A DNA stretch of 64,000 nucleotides. Source: an uncultured delta proteobacterium (GTDB lineage: Bacteria; Desulfobacterota; BSN033; UBA1163). Below are positions 19,244 to 27,859 of this stretch, piece after piece. The notes under the pieces were generated by a model. It had not been told where the DNA came from and did not search any database. It worked only from the letters and a program-made list of their open reading frames with translations. A program made the translations under genes and the position numbers. The stretch is taken from assembly GCA_963708295.1 (NCBI GenBank), contig CAVPSJ010000004.1:704001-768000 (forward strand). The letters are read 5' to 3'. The stretch's first letter is position 1, and every line of letters starts with the position of its first letter.

Positions 19244-20407
19244 TCATCGAATAATCGCTCCTTCCCATAACATGGAAAGAAAGTTACGCCACGGAAGAAT
19301 ATGGATGCTTTCATGTATTCGCGGAGTGCGTTCATTACAGACAAGCAGTGCTTTCTCAGGATGATGCTCTTGTACGAAAGCCCTGAGGTGTCTGAGGTCT
19401 GAATTATCCACGCGACGAGTTCCCTTTACCTCAACTGCAACATGACCATGCCCCAAAATAAAATCCACTTCCTGTCCTGTCTTGGTGCGCCAGAAGTTCA
19501 CCTCATAATTAAGCTCCCTGTACGAACGATGCGCCAGGATCTCCAAGAGAATGAAATGTTCGAGGGCCTTTCCAAACTGCTCTCCCCTTTCTTCGGGAAT
19601 ATGACGCTGCGTGATGGCGCCTGCAACACCCACATCAAATAGGTAGAACTTTCCCGCTTTCGTGATCACCTGTCGCTCTTGCCTTTTCTTATAGGGCTCG
19701 ACTAAGACACCGAGCAGAGTGTCAATGAGAATCTGATAGTACTCCTTGACTGTCTTAGCATCCACTCCACACTCCCTGGCGATATTCGCATAATTCGTCA
19801 GTTCCCCATGGGAGTAGCCCATCGCATCAAAGAACCGGGAAAAGGCAGGAATGTTTCGAGTCAGGCCTTCGTCGAACACCTCCTCTTTGAGATAGTCCCG
19901 GACGTAAGCTTGGAGCGACTTGCCGTATCCCGTCTGGAGATAGTGATCAGGGATCATGCCCCGATTGAGTGACCTAAGAAGGTCCAGGTCTTCAATTTCC
20001 GCGGAGACAAGCGGATGCATTTCATAGCGCCATGCTCGCCCCCCAAGCAGGTTTGCTTTGCCTCGCTTCAGTTTCCTCGCGCTGGAACCGCTGAGAATAA
20101 ACCGTAGACCCTTGTTCTCAATAAGCCAGTGGATCTCGTCGAGCAACTGGGGTGTCTTCTGAACTTCATCGATGATAATCGGCTCTTTCAATTGTTCAGG
20201 CTTTGCCGCCATGAGCTGTTCCCGCAATAGAAAGGGCCGCTTCACAAGCTCGAGAAAAAGGTCGGTTTGCAGCATATCGAAGATCAGACTATTGGGGAAA
20301 GCAGATTTGAGGTACGTTGTCTTTCCCGTTTTCCTCGGCCCCCACAGGAAGGCGGACCGCCCCTTCGGCAAGTCGATTTTCAGCAGTCGGTCGATGATTT
20401 TTCCCAT
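19244..20407 (-). CDS. AAA_14 ATPase with C-terminal DUF4143 nuclease-like domain
   Basis: GPRKTGKT, IIIDEVQK, SGSSARKL, KFYLFDVG, FWRT..GQEVDFI...AVEVK. Confidence 0.88.
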   Translation of the reverse strand: MGKIIDRLLKIDLPKGRSAFLWGPRKTGKTTYLKSAFPNSLIFDMLQTDLFLELVKRPFLLREQLMAAKPEQLKEPIIIDEVQKTPQLLDEIHWLIENKGLRFILSGSSARKLKRGKANLLGGRAWRYEMHPLVSAEIEDLDLLRSLNRGMIPDHYLQTGYGKSLQAYVRDYLKEEVFDEGLTRNIPAFSRFFDAMGYSHGELTNYANIARECGVDAKTVKEYYQILIDTLLGVLVEPYKKRQERQVITKAGKFYLFDVGVAGAITQRHIPEERGEQFGKALEHFILLEILAHRSYRELNYEVNFWRTKTGQEVDFILGHGHVAVEVKGTRRVDNSDLRHLRAFVQEHHPEKALLVCNERTPRIHESIHILPWRNFLSMLWEGAIIR

Positions 20408-20640
20408 GGATTGGACTCCATTTTAGTTTTACTAAAATGGAATAATATCCATTTTGGATCATTTCGTCAACTAGAAAAATCACCGAAAAACCCACCCTTA
20501 TTTTTCTCATTGGAATGAGTTCCCGGAACGATGGAATCCAGATTAAAAACTTAGTTTCCTGGAGTAGGCATCAATGAGGTACAGGGGGTCTTAGGAAGGT
20601 TACAAAAAGTGGGCGGAGGAAAGGAAATGAGAGCCCGAGC

Positions 20641-21351
20641 TCAATTAACAAATTCAGCTTGTCGACAAGGCTTGACAAATCTTCCTACAATCCTCTCTTT
20701 CTTTGAAGCACCTTTCATGCTTCCCTTCGGTCTGTGTCCTTTTTTCTCCTTTAGATAAAACTGTTCTTTCTTAAATTCGCGTTTCTCCCTTTGGAGTTGG
20801 ACTTCCAGCTTGAATTGATTCTCTTTTTGCTTTCCTTTCTTTTCCATGAGTTTTTTCCAGGATTCAAAGCGATCCTTCTTAAATTCGAACCATTCTCGCC
20901 GTAACCTGAGTCTTTCTGCCTTGAGTTCGATATCTTTTCTTTTTAGTTCAAGATTCTCATTCTTTTGTTTAAGGTACTCTCCGATGAGGAAATCCACTAT
21001 TTTCCTATAAAGACCGTTGTCCCCGTTCTCGTTTTCTTTGGTATCCTCATTCTCAGGGCTTGCCAGTATTGATTCGAGGGTAAATTGTTCATCCCCGTCC
21101 TTTCCAATAGGTTTGTACAAGCTCTCCTCTCTGTATTTCTTATTCATATACTGTTTGATAGCCTTGCTTCTAACCCGTCTAACAATGGGAGTAATTTCTT
21201 CTACTGTTTGAGGATTAGATTCAAGAATATCGACCCAGACATCCTGAAAACTATCTTCGTACCGCTCCATGAAAGGCTTCAGATAATTATTGACTTCGGT
21301 TTCATTTAAATTCATACCGGTCACCTTATAGCTTTGGTTTAGACCCTGCAT
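20641..21351 (-). CDS. Hypothetical protein: sigma-region-2/3-like N-terminus plus charged coiled coil
   Basis: 236-aa ORF; EDSFQDVW..., SLYKPIGKDGDEQFTLESIL, E/K/R-rich tail. Confidence 0.55.
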   Translation of the reverse strand: MQGLNQSYKVTGMNLNETEVNNYLKPFMERYEDSFQDVWVDILESNPQTVEEITPIVRRVRSKAIKQYMNKKYREESLYKPIGKDGDEQFTLESILASPENEDTKENENGDNGLYRKIVDFLIGEYLKQKNENLELKRKDIELKAERLRLRREWFEFKKDRFESWKKLMEKKGKQKENQFKLEVQLQREKREFKKEQFYLKEKKGHRPKGSMKGASKKERIVGRFVKPCRQAEFVN

Positions 21352-21510
21352 TCGGTTCTCAGCGATGGGTATTATTATAATGGAGATATATCTGAATCAG
21401 GGCTTTCGAAAAAGCTCTCGAAATTCTTGTGAATTGTAATTCCTTCTTTAAGGGTTGACTTCCCGACGAGATGTTTAAACGTCATACGGATATATCACCC
21501 GAGTCTATTC

Positions 21511-21738
21511 TCAAGGTAATTTCAAAAACTCTTCCTCTGTTGACGCTGATTTTCTTATCTAATCCCTTATAAGGCCGCTCTTTAGTGGCTTTCCCTTATG
21601 AACTGGAATCGAAAGTATATTCGAGTTTCCAGTTTTGATAAGTTTCACATGGCTTCCTCTTTGTCCCCTATTAACCCACCCTGCTCTTTCAAGCGCTCTC
21701 ACTACCTTCTCAGGTTTGAGATTATGAAGAGTTGCCAT
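21511..21738 (-). pseudogene. hicA: HicA-family toxin with in-frame TAG at codon 60
   Basis: MATLHNLKPEKVVRALERAGW..RGSHVKL...SIPVHKGKPLKSGLIRD(TAG)IRKSASTEEEFLKLP; ATG directly abuts the upstream stop. Confidence 0.82.
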
Positions 21739-22389
21739 CTAGGCAGCTCTCTTTTTTGGGGTGGTCTCTTTCCTTACCGCTTCTTGGACCTCGAGATGCC
21801 CCTTAATGGCATCTTTTATCATATCCAAAGTCTCCTCAACGCTATCCCCTTGGGTAGAACACCCGGGAAGCTCCGGACATTCCACCCAATAACCCTTGTC
21901 TTCAAGATCCGGATGAAGAATGACCTTAAACGGTCTTTTTGAAACATGAACGATATAAGCTCTGTCCGTTGTCATCTTAGACGTTTTCCCTTTTAAATCG
22001 TTTACCAATTCCCCGATTGCAATGGCAAAGACATACTGTCCCTTTTTCAGGGTATCAATAATTTCCCTATCCTTGTTTGTTAGAACAAAGATCGTCTCCC
22101 CATCTGTTAGGAATCTTAACTGGACCAGAGGTTTTTCTATCTCGGGAAGATGCTTTCTCAGATAATTAAGGCTTTTTCGTATTTTCTGTAATGATAGCCC
22201 CTGATCTCTTAGAAATTTTGCTACTTTAAATTGGATGAGATCCGTAAATGAGTACAGCCTCATCGAACCATAGCCAGAGGCCTCATGAACTGAAGGCTTA
22301 ATGAAATTCGTCCGGTCCCAATAATCAACGACCCTTGGCGGAATCCCTAAGATTTTTGAAACAGTCTTGGAATTGAAGGAGTTGTTCAT
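21739..22389 (-). CDS. MerR-type HTH fused to a C-terminal HicB-like antitoxin domain
   Basis: VSKILGIPPRVVDYWDR...RLYSFTDL...GLSLQKIR, then GYWVECPELPGCSTQGDSVEETLDMIKDAI. Confidence 0.82.
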   Translation of the reverse strand: MNNSFNSKTVSKILGIPPRVVDYWDRTNFIKPSVHEASGYGSMRLYSFTDLIQFKVAKFLRDQGLSLQKIRKSLNYLRKHLPEIEKPLVQLRFLTDGETIFVLTNKDREIIDTLKKGQYVFAIAIGELVNDLKGKTSKMTTDRAYIVHVSKRPFKVILHPDLEDKGYWVECPELPGCSTQGDSVEETLDMIKDAIKGHLEVQEAVRKETTPKKRAA

Positions 22390-22483
22390 TTAATTCCCTC
22401 CAATGATTTTTAAATTCATCAATGTATTTATAAACCTAATAAAAGTAGGTGTCAAGAAATTTTTAGGCTGGGATAACTGGAGG

Positions 22484-23536
22484 TTATTCCTGAATTCTCT
22501 TGAGGATTGTTTGGGTTGTCTTGTGGTGAAGCTTGGCGATCTTCTTGAGTTCGTCAATTCCCCTTTTCTTAATGATGTCCACCGCAGGCTGAATAACCCT
22601 ATCAGACGCTCCCTTTGGCAAGAGGATTCCATATTCTCGACTCAATTTTTCCATACGCGACAAGAATCGGTCACGAGCCAAGATAGAGGCTCCTGCTACG
22701 GCCGTATAACGTTCAGCTTTGGGGGTTTGGATAAGTCGTAGTTTCCTACCCTTCTCCATAAGCTTGGAAAGGATATACCTCTCGTTGCCAAACTGGTCAG
22801 CGACAGCATAGGAACAAGGATTTTTTTCAAGGAGACTCTCAATGGCCCTTGCATGACCCCAGGCCAAAAGATGATTGAGATTCTTCCTCTCTTTCTTGAA
22901 TTGATCGTATAAATCATTATAGCGTTCCGGCGGTATCTCAACTTCAACAAATTTCCCGTTGCATACGATTCGAATTTCTCCAGCCAGCTCTTGACAACGT
23001 TGATCAGACAAGAGTTTGGAGTCTCGAACTCCCATCGTTTCAAGTCTGGCCGCGGCGGATTCATCTAACCAGACACCCGCAACCACCATAGGACCAAAAT
23101 AATCTCCCTTCCCTGATTCATCTGTTCCAACATGCGGCAACGGGATCTTTTCTTGTGATTCCCCAAAAGATTCTTTTCTAGAATCAAGGCCTACTTCAGG
23201 TTCATATCTTACGTAGTCGTCAACCGAGAGCTTAATGCTGGGGTGCTTTGAATTGTACAAAGTAATAACAGCGTCAAGGATGTTCTTATACAGATTTCCT
23301 CCGACACCCTGGAATTGAAGTTTTCCTTTTGTATACTGTTTTATGATTATTTTTTCTTCCCCGTCTTCAAATCGGTAAGAGTAGTCGCAGTACTGCTCTT
23401 CGCGGCTGCCCGCCGGCTTCAACTCTTTCAACTTTTCCCTTATCCTGAGCCTAAGTTCAGGATCTTTGATCAAAAGAGGTTTTAGTTTAATTTCTTGAAT
23501 CGGGATTTTTGGCATATCCAATCCTTGCCGTTTCAT
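22484..23536 (-). CDS. rnhC: Ribonuclease HIII
   Basis: N-terminal TBP-like region (YTKGKLQFQG), GTDESGKGDYFGP, GVRDSK, DQF, ASILAR, LPKGAS, AKLHHKT. Confidence 0.88.
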   Translation of the reverse strand: MKRQGLDMPKIPIQEIKLKPLLIKDPELRLRIREKLKELKPAGSREEQYCDYSYRFEDGEEKIIIKQYTKGKLQFQGVGGNLYKNILDAVITLYNSKHPSIKLSVDDYVRYEPEVGLDSRKESFGESQEKIPLPHVGTDESGKGDYFGPMVVAGVWLDESAAARLETMGVRDSKLLSDQRCQELAGEIRIVCNGKFVEVEIPPERYNDLYDQFKKERKNLNHLLAWGHARAIESLLEKNPCSYAVADQFGNERYILSKLMEKGRKLRLIQTPKAERYTAVAGASILARDRFLSRMEKLSREYGILLPKGASDRVIQPAVDIIKKRGIDELKKIAKLHHKTTQTILKRIQE

Positions 23537-23571
23537 AGCGAATTTTCCCTCGAATACCTGATCCCTTGGTG

Positions 23572-24255
23572 TTACTCAACCCCGTATTGTCGACGGCAGG
23601 AGAGAATATAGTTTCTTACATCTTTCTTCGTCTTGTAGATTCCGAAATGGCCTTCACACAGAATATCTGCGTCCAACTCCAGCAACTTTTTCGTTGACCG
23701 GCCATAATCTTCAAGATTCGATCCAAATTCCTTAAGAATTGGACCATGGAGATCCTGAGCAAAGAGGATTCTTTTTCCGTCTTTATCCAGATAGATGCAT
23801 ATTGATCCTGGAGTATGGCCCGGTGTGTGAACACAGATGACTTTCTGATCCCCAATGTCCAGTATTTCTTCCTTGAGACTAAATTTCACATCGACGGGCG
23901 TTGGTGGAAAGCTTGTCTGATACCAGTTGGCGGCTGTCAGAATCGAATCTCCATTCTCTAGTGGCAGGGCATCCAGTTGATGGATGTAGATCTTCGAGCC
24001 AAATCTCCTTCTCATCTCCGGAGCGCCTCCAATATGATCAATGTGACAGTGAGTTAAGAGAATCTTATTCAGGTTCCCGTAGTTAATACCTAACCCATTG
24101 ATATTATTTATAATATATTCTACGCTCCACCCTGCTCCGGTGTCGATCAATATTAATTCATCAAGACTCATGAGATAGACGCATCCATCTCGCCCGTCTG
24201 TAATGTCCGGGCCCCCTACAATGAAAACATCATTCACAATTTCTGATGGTCTCAT
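23572..24255 (-). CDS. Metallo-beta-lactamase fold hydrolase
   Basis: LIDTG, THCHIDHIGG, HTPGHTPGS, LCEGH. Confidence 0.88.
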   Translation of the reverse strand: MRPSEIVNDVFIVGGPDITDGRDGCVYLMSLDELILIDTGAGWSVEYIINNINGLGINYGNLNKILLTHCHIDHIGGAPEMRRRFGSKIYIHQLDALPLENGDSILTAANWYQTSFPPTPVDVKFSLKEEILDIGDQKVICVHTPGHTPGSICIYLDKDGKRILFAQDLHGPILKEFGSNLEDYGRSTKKLLELDADILCEGHFGIYKTKKDVRNYILSCRRQYGVE

Positions 24256-25617
24256 CTACTTTCTCCTCAGACCCTCCTTCAGCCTTCGATAGTCTGCCAT
24301 TGTGAGCCCTTCCCATTGACAGGGTAAAATGGAATTGTTGTGAAACAAGGGTTCATTTTCGATGTCAAATCGTGATGCCTTTATTGCCTTTTCGAATAAC
24401 GGCGTATGGGGAACAGGTGAATATTCTACAAGCATCGGGTTGGCGCCAGACTCTTTCACGAAGGCAATTCCTTCTTCCACTTCCCCTACCCTCTGGCCTG
24501 GCAGCCCAACCATTAAATATACTCCGATTTCTTCGCCTGAGTACCCTACCCTCATTAAATTCTTAACCGCCTTCCGAAATTCCTGATTATCCACCTTACC
24601 GCCGGTTTCAATTTGTGTAGTCTCACTCGATGTTTCAAAGCCTAGACGAATAGTTTTGAACCCACCTCGAAACAGGAGGGAAGCTATTTCTTCATCAATT
24701 TCCCTAATATGGATTGCGTTGGGGACGTGAAAATTGCAAGGGATTCCCCTTTTGATCACTTCTGTCATCATCGGAATGAAATGTTTCGCTGGCTCGATGA
24801 GAAGCGCATCATCATAGAAAGCAATATTATTGACCCCGTGCTTCTTTGTCCAATACTCAATTTCATCAACTGCCCTGAGAGGGTCCCTTGTTGAAAAGCC
24901 CTGTCCTAAGAATGAAGAGGCACAATACGTACACTTAAGCGGGCAACCTTTCGAAGTAGAGATACAGACATAATCTAGTTTAGGATAAAGGTCGAAGGCG
25001 GGATACTGCAAGTTACTGGTTCGGATTGCGCCTGCCTGCGCCGAGGCTTCGGCAGGCAGGGAGTTCGGAGCAGCCTCAAAGCCAGTTAAATCACAAATAA
25101 GTTTTAAAACCTCGAACTCGCCGCGTCCATTCAAGACGATATCCACACCTGAATGCTTTTTTGCATGCTCGTAACAGAGGGTGGCATAGATTCCACCTAA
25201 TATTATGGGGGCATTTACAAAAACTTTCTTTGTTATTTCAATAATTTTAAATACACCTGGGTACCAGTAGGTCATCCCTGAAGTGATGCCGATGATATCT
25301 GGCTTTTCCTCAAGCATTGAGAATCTTTTCAACAGCATTTCCTCAGAGATTCCATATTGGCTGTAATTTCTTGGGATGGGTTTGAGAGGAGGGGGTTTAT
25401 CAATTTTCGTCTTAATAAACTTTCCATCCTGATATTCTTTTCTTTTTATCGAGCAATCGAGGCAGTCCACAAGGGTAACGCGAAACCCCTTGTTTCTTAA
25501 TGAACTGGCGATTCGGAGAAGACCAAGTGGTTTTATCCAGAAATTATATGCCGAGAAATCCGTAATCCATGGATTGATCAAAAGGATGTGGGGGGCTAAA
25601 TGTTTCACGTGAAACAT
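24256..25617 (-). CDS. B12-binding domain radical SAM protein
   Basis: ILLINPWITDF, TSGMTYWYPG, GGIYATL, GCPLKCTYC; start placed at MFHVKH because upstream sequence is the MITE. Confidence 0.85.
   Translation of the reverse strand: MFHVKHLAPHILLINPWITDFSAYNFWIKPLGLLRIASSLRNKGFRVTLVDCLDCSIKRKEYQDGKFIKTKIDKPPPLKPIPRNYSQYGISEEMLLKRFSMLEEKPDIIGITSGMTYWYPGVFKIIEITKKVFVNAPIILGGIYATLCYEHAKKHSGVDIVLNGRGEFEVLKLICDLTGFEAAPNSLPAEASAQAGAIRTSNLQYPAFDLYPKLDYVCISTSKGCPLKCTYCASSFLGQGFSTRDPLRAVDEIEYWTKKHGVNNIAFYDDALLIEPAKHFIPMMTEVIKRGIPCNFHVPNAIHIREIDEEIASLLFRGGFKTIRLGFETSSETTQIETGGKVDNQEFRKAVKNLMRVGYSGEEIGVYLMVGLPGQRVGEVEEGIAFVKESGANPMLVEYSPVPHTPLFEKAIKASRFDIENEPLFHNNSILPCQWEGLTMADYRRLKEGLRRK
25031..25060. 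repeat. 30-bp palindrome lying in frame within the radical SAM gene
   Basis: CCTGCCTGCGCCGAGGCTTCGGCAGGCAGG; related intergenic copies at ~47983, ~51982 and 53021. Confidence 0.7.
25601..25616. promoter_or_regulatory. parS: parS centromere site
   Basis: Exact consensus TGTTTCACGTGAAACA, ~8-9 kb from dnaA/oriC. Confidence 0.9.
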
Positions 25618-25633
25618 ATCCAGTTCGGATTTC

Positions 25634-25874
25634 GGTAGTGGGTCAGTTTGGGTCGAGATGTCCATACGGAGCCGAGGGTGGTCTGGTCCCCCGGAGCGGT
25701 TCAGGGGCGCTTCCTTCTTTGTTAAAAGACTTCTCACATCCTCAGTGATGAGGTGATCAGTGGAATGCACGAAGGACCATCCACCGGATCTATGAATACA
25801 ACCGCCCTCCTGAAACGCGAGGAGGAGTAGGCCACCCTCGGCACTCTCCTGCCCGCGGAAACTGACCCACTGCC
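25634..25874. mobile_element. MITE copy 2 (241 bp; 16-bp TIRs; perfect 8-bp target duplication CGGATTTC)
   Basis: CGGATTTC|GGTAGTGGGTCAGTTT ... AAACTGACCCACTGCC|CGGATTTC. Confidence 0.92.
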
Positions 25875-25940
25875 CGGATTTCGCCTGCCCTCGCGCCTTC
25901 GCAGGGAAAGCGGAATACGCACAGCTTAGTTTTAACGTAC

Positions 25941-27365
25941 TTATTTCCCAATACAGAACTGGTCGAAAATTCGATTTAAGATCTCTTCGCTGGTTGTCTC
26001 TCCAACTACCTCTCCGAGGGCTTCCAATGCAGAACGAATCTCAAAGGCAATAAACTCAATAGACGTTCCTTCCTCCATTCCCTTTACTGCATTTAAAAGA
26101 TTATCCCTTATTCGAACAAGAGCATCCCTGTGACGGATATTTGCCACGATCGGGTATTCCGGGGTTGACCTGAAATCTCGCTGGATTAAACACGAATAAA
26201 TGGTTTTCTTAAGAGTATCGATTCCATCGCCCTTCAACGCAGAGATTGAGACCATGCTGTCATTCATGAACCGACTTTTCACTTCACCGACGGATACTTC
26301 CTGAGGAAGATCATTCTTATTCAGAATTACCACCTTCCTTTTTCCTTTGACTTCATAAAAGATTTCCTCGTCATCCTCATCGAGAGCTCGACTACCGTCG
26401 AGCATTAACAGGACGAAATCGGACCCCACCAACCGCTCCCTTGCTCTCTTCACCCCTTCTTGCTCAATGGAATCCCTCGCTTTTCTCAAACCTGCAGTAT
26501 CCATCAACCTCACCGGAATTCCGCATATGTTCAGCACTTCTTCAATCACATCCCGGGTTGTTCCCGGGATCGGGGTGACGATTGCTCTTTCCTCTCTCAA
26601 GAGAATATTGAGGAGACTCGACTTACCAACATTGGGCTTTCCGATGATTGCGCACGAGATCCCCTCGCGAAATATTCTCCCCTCCTCGTAGGACGCAATC
26701 CAACCCTCTAGCCTCTGAATCATCCCCTCGATTTCCAGTTCCATTTCTTTTAGCGGGGCGGCGGCGATCTCTTCCTCCGGAAAATCGATATGGGCTTCGA
26801 TCAAGGCCAAATTCTGAACCAAGCTGCTCTTGAGTTGCGCCATCTCTTTGTAAAGCCATCCCTTGAGTTGATGGCTGGCGATTTCCAGACCAGCCATGGT
26901 TTTGGCTTTGATCATATCGATCACCGCTTCGGCTTGCGTGAGATCGATCCGGCCATTAACGAACGCTCGCTTTGTAAACTCCCCTGGAAGGGCCAACCTG
27001 GCCCCATGCATTAATGCCAGCTCCAAAACCTTCTGCAAAACAAAGTAGCCCCCATGGCAATGGATCTCAACAATATCTTCCCTTGTATAGGTTTTCGGAG
27101 ATTTCATCAACACAATCAACACTTCATCAACAACTTTTCCACTCCGATTATCTATGATTTCCCCATAGTGGAAGTGATGAGAAACAAAGCAAGATTGGTT
27201 CCCTTTTGGCCTAAATAACCTCATGGCAATGGCTTCAGCAGATGAACCACTCATGCGTACAATGCCAATACCACTTTCACCAAATGGAGTTGAAATGGCT
27301 GCAATCGTCTCTTCTTCCGTTAAGGGGGTTCTTTTTGAAGAGCTGGGGGCGGGGTCTTTGATCAC
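25941..27365 (-). CDS. mnmE: tRNA modification GTPase MnmE
   Basis: TIAAISTP, GKPNVGKSS, GTTRD, DTAG, NKND, FCIGK. Confidence 0.97.
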   Translation of the reverse strand: MIKDPAPSSSKRTPLTEEETIAAISTPFGESGIGIVRMSGSSAEAIAMRLFRPKGNQSCFVSHHFHYGEIIDNRSGKVVDEVLIVLMKSPKTYTREDIVEIHCHGGYFVLQKVLELALMHGARLALPGEFTKRAFVNGRIDLTQAEAVIDMIKAKTMAGLEIASHQLKGWLYKEMAQLKSSLVQNLALIEAHIDFPEEEIAAAPLKEMELEIEGMIQRLEGWIASYEEGRIFREGISCAIIGKPNVGKSSLLNILLREERAIVTPIPGTTRDVIEEVLNICGIPVRLMDTAGLRKARDSIEQEGVKRARERLVGSDFVLLMLDGSRALDEDDEEIFYEVKGKRKVVILNKNDLPQEVSVGEVKSRFMNDSMVSISALKGDGIDTLKKTIYSCLIQRDFRSTPEYPIVANIRHRDALVRIRDNLLNAVKGMEEGTSIEFIAFEIRSALEALGEVVGETTSEEILNRIFDQFCIGK

Positions 27366-27390
27366 TTTTCTTGAAAACAGATTGAGGAGT

Positions 27391-27849
27391 TTATCCCTCT
27401 TTCTTGACTGGGGTAATCTTTACTCTCTTTAGCTCCCCTTCCCCAAGGCTCTCTGTCTTGAGGAATGGGTCTTCTCCGAGTGTAAGGTGAATGATTCTCC
27501 TGTCATGCGAATTGAAAGGGCCAACGGTCAACGAATATCCGGTCTTCTTGGCTTTTTCACCCATTCGGTGGGCGATGTCAGACACGGTGTCAACCCGTTT
27601 TTTGCGGTAATCGTCGATATCTAGAACTACCCTCATGGCGTTTTTCAATCTTTTGTTCACCATTCGGTTGATGAGCATCTGAAGCGATTCCAGGGTCCGA
27701 CCCTGTTTTCCAATGAGGATTCCCTCGTGATCTCCTCTGATTTCCAAGCAAAGATTCCCTTCTTTTAGGGACCCTTCTACCTCCGTCTTGACCCCCATCC
27801 GCTCGAGCAATCCCATTGTAAGTTCTTTCGCAATCTCGATTTCTTCCAA
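27391..27849 (-). CDS. jag: Jag/EloR RNA-binding protein (KH + R3H, short form)
   Basis: ILIGKQGRTLESLQ, DRRIIH; lies between yidC and mnmE. Confidence 0.88.
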   Translation of the reverse strand: MEEIEIAKELTMGLLERMGVKTEVEGSLKEGNLCLEIRGDHEGILIGKQGRTLESLQMLINRMVNKRLKNAMRVVLDIDDYRKKRVDTVSDIAHRMGEKAKKTGYSLTVGPFNSHDRRIIHLTLGEDPFLKTESLGEGELKRVKITPVKKEG

Positions 27850-27859
27850 GATTTAATCC

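Noticed and set aside
21375-21485. Short minus-strand ORF MTFKHLVGKSTLKEGITIHKNF...
   Set aside because: Only 36 codons with no assignable family; possibly a gene fragment but unsupported
25618-25770. N-terminal extension of the radical SAM ORF matching the ORF at 10043-10426 (KKEAPLNRSGG)
   Set aside because: Both are translations of the same MITE, not a shared protein domain
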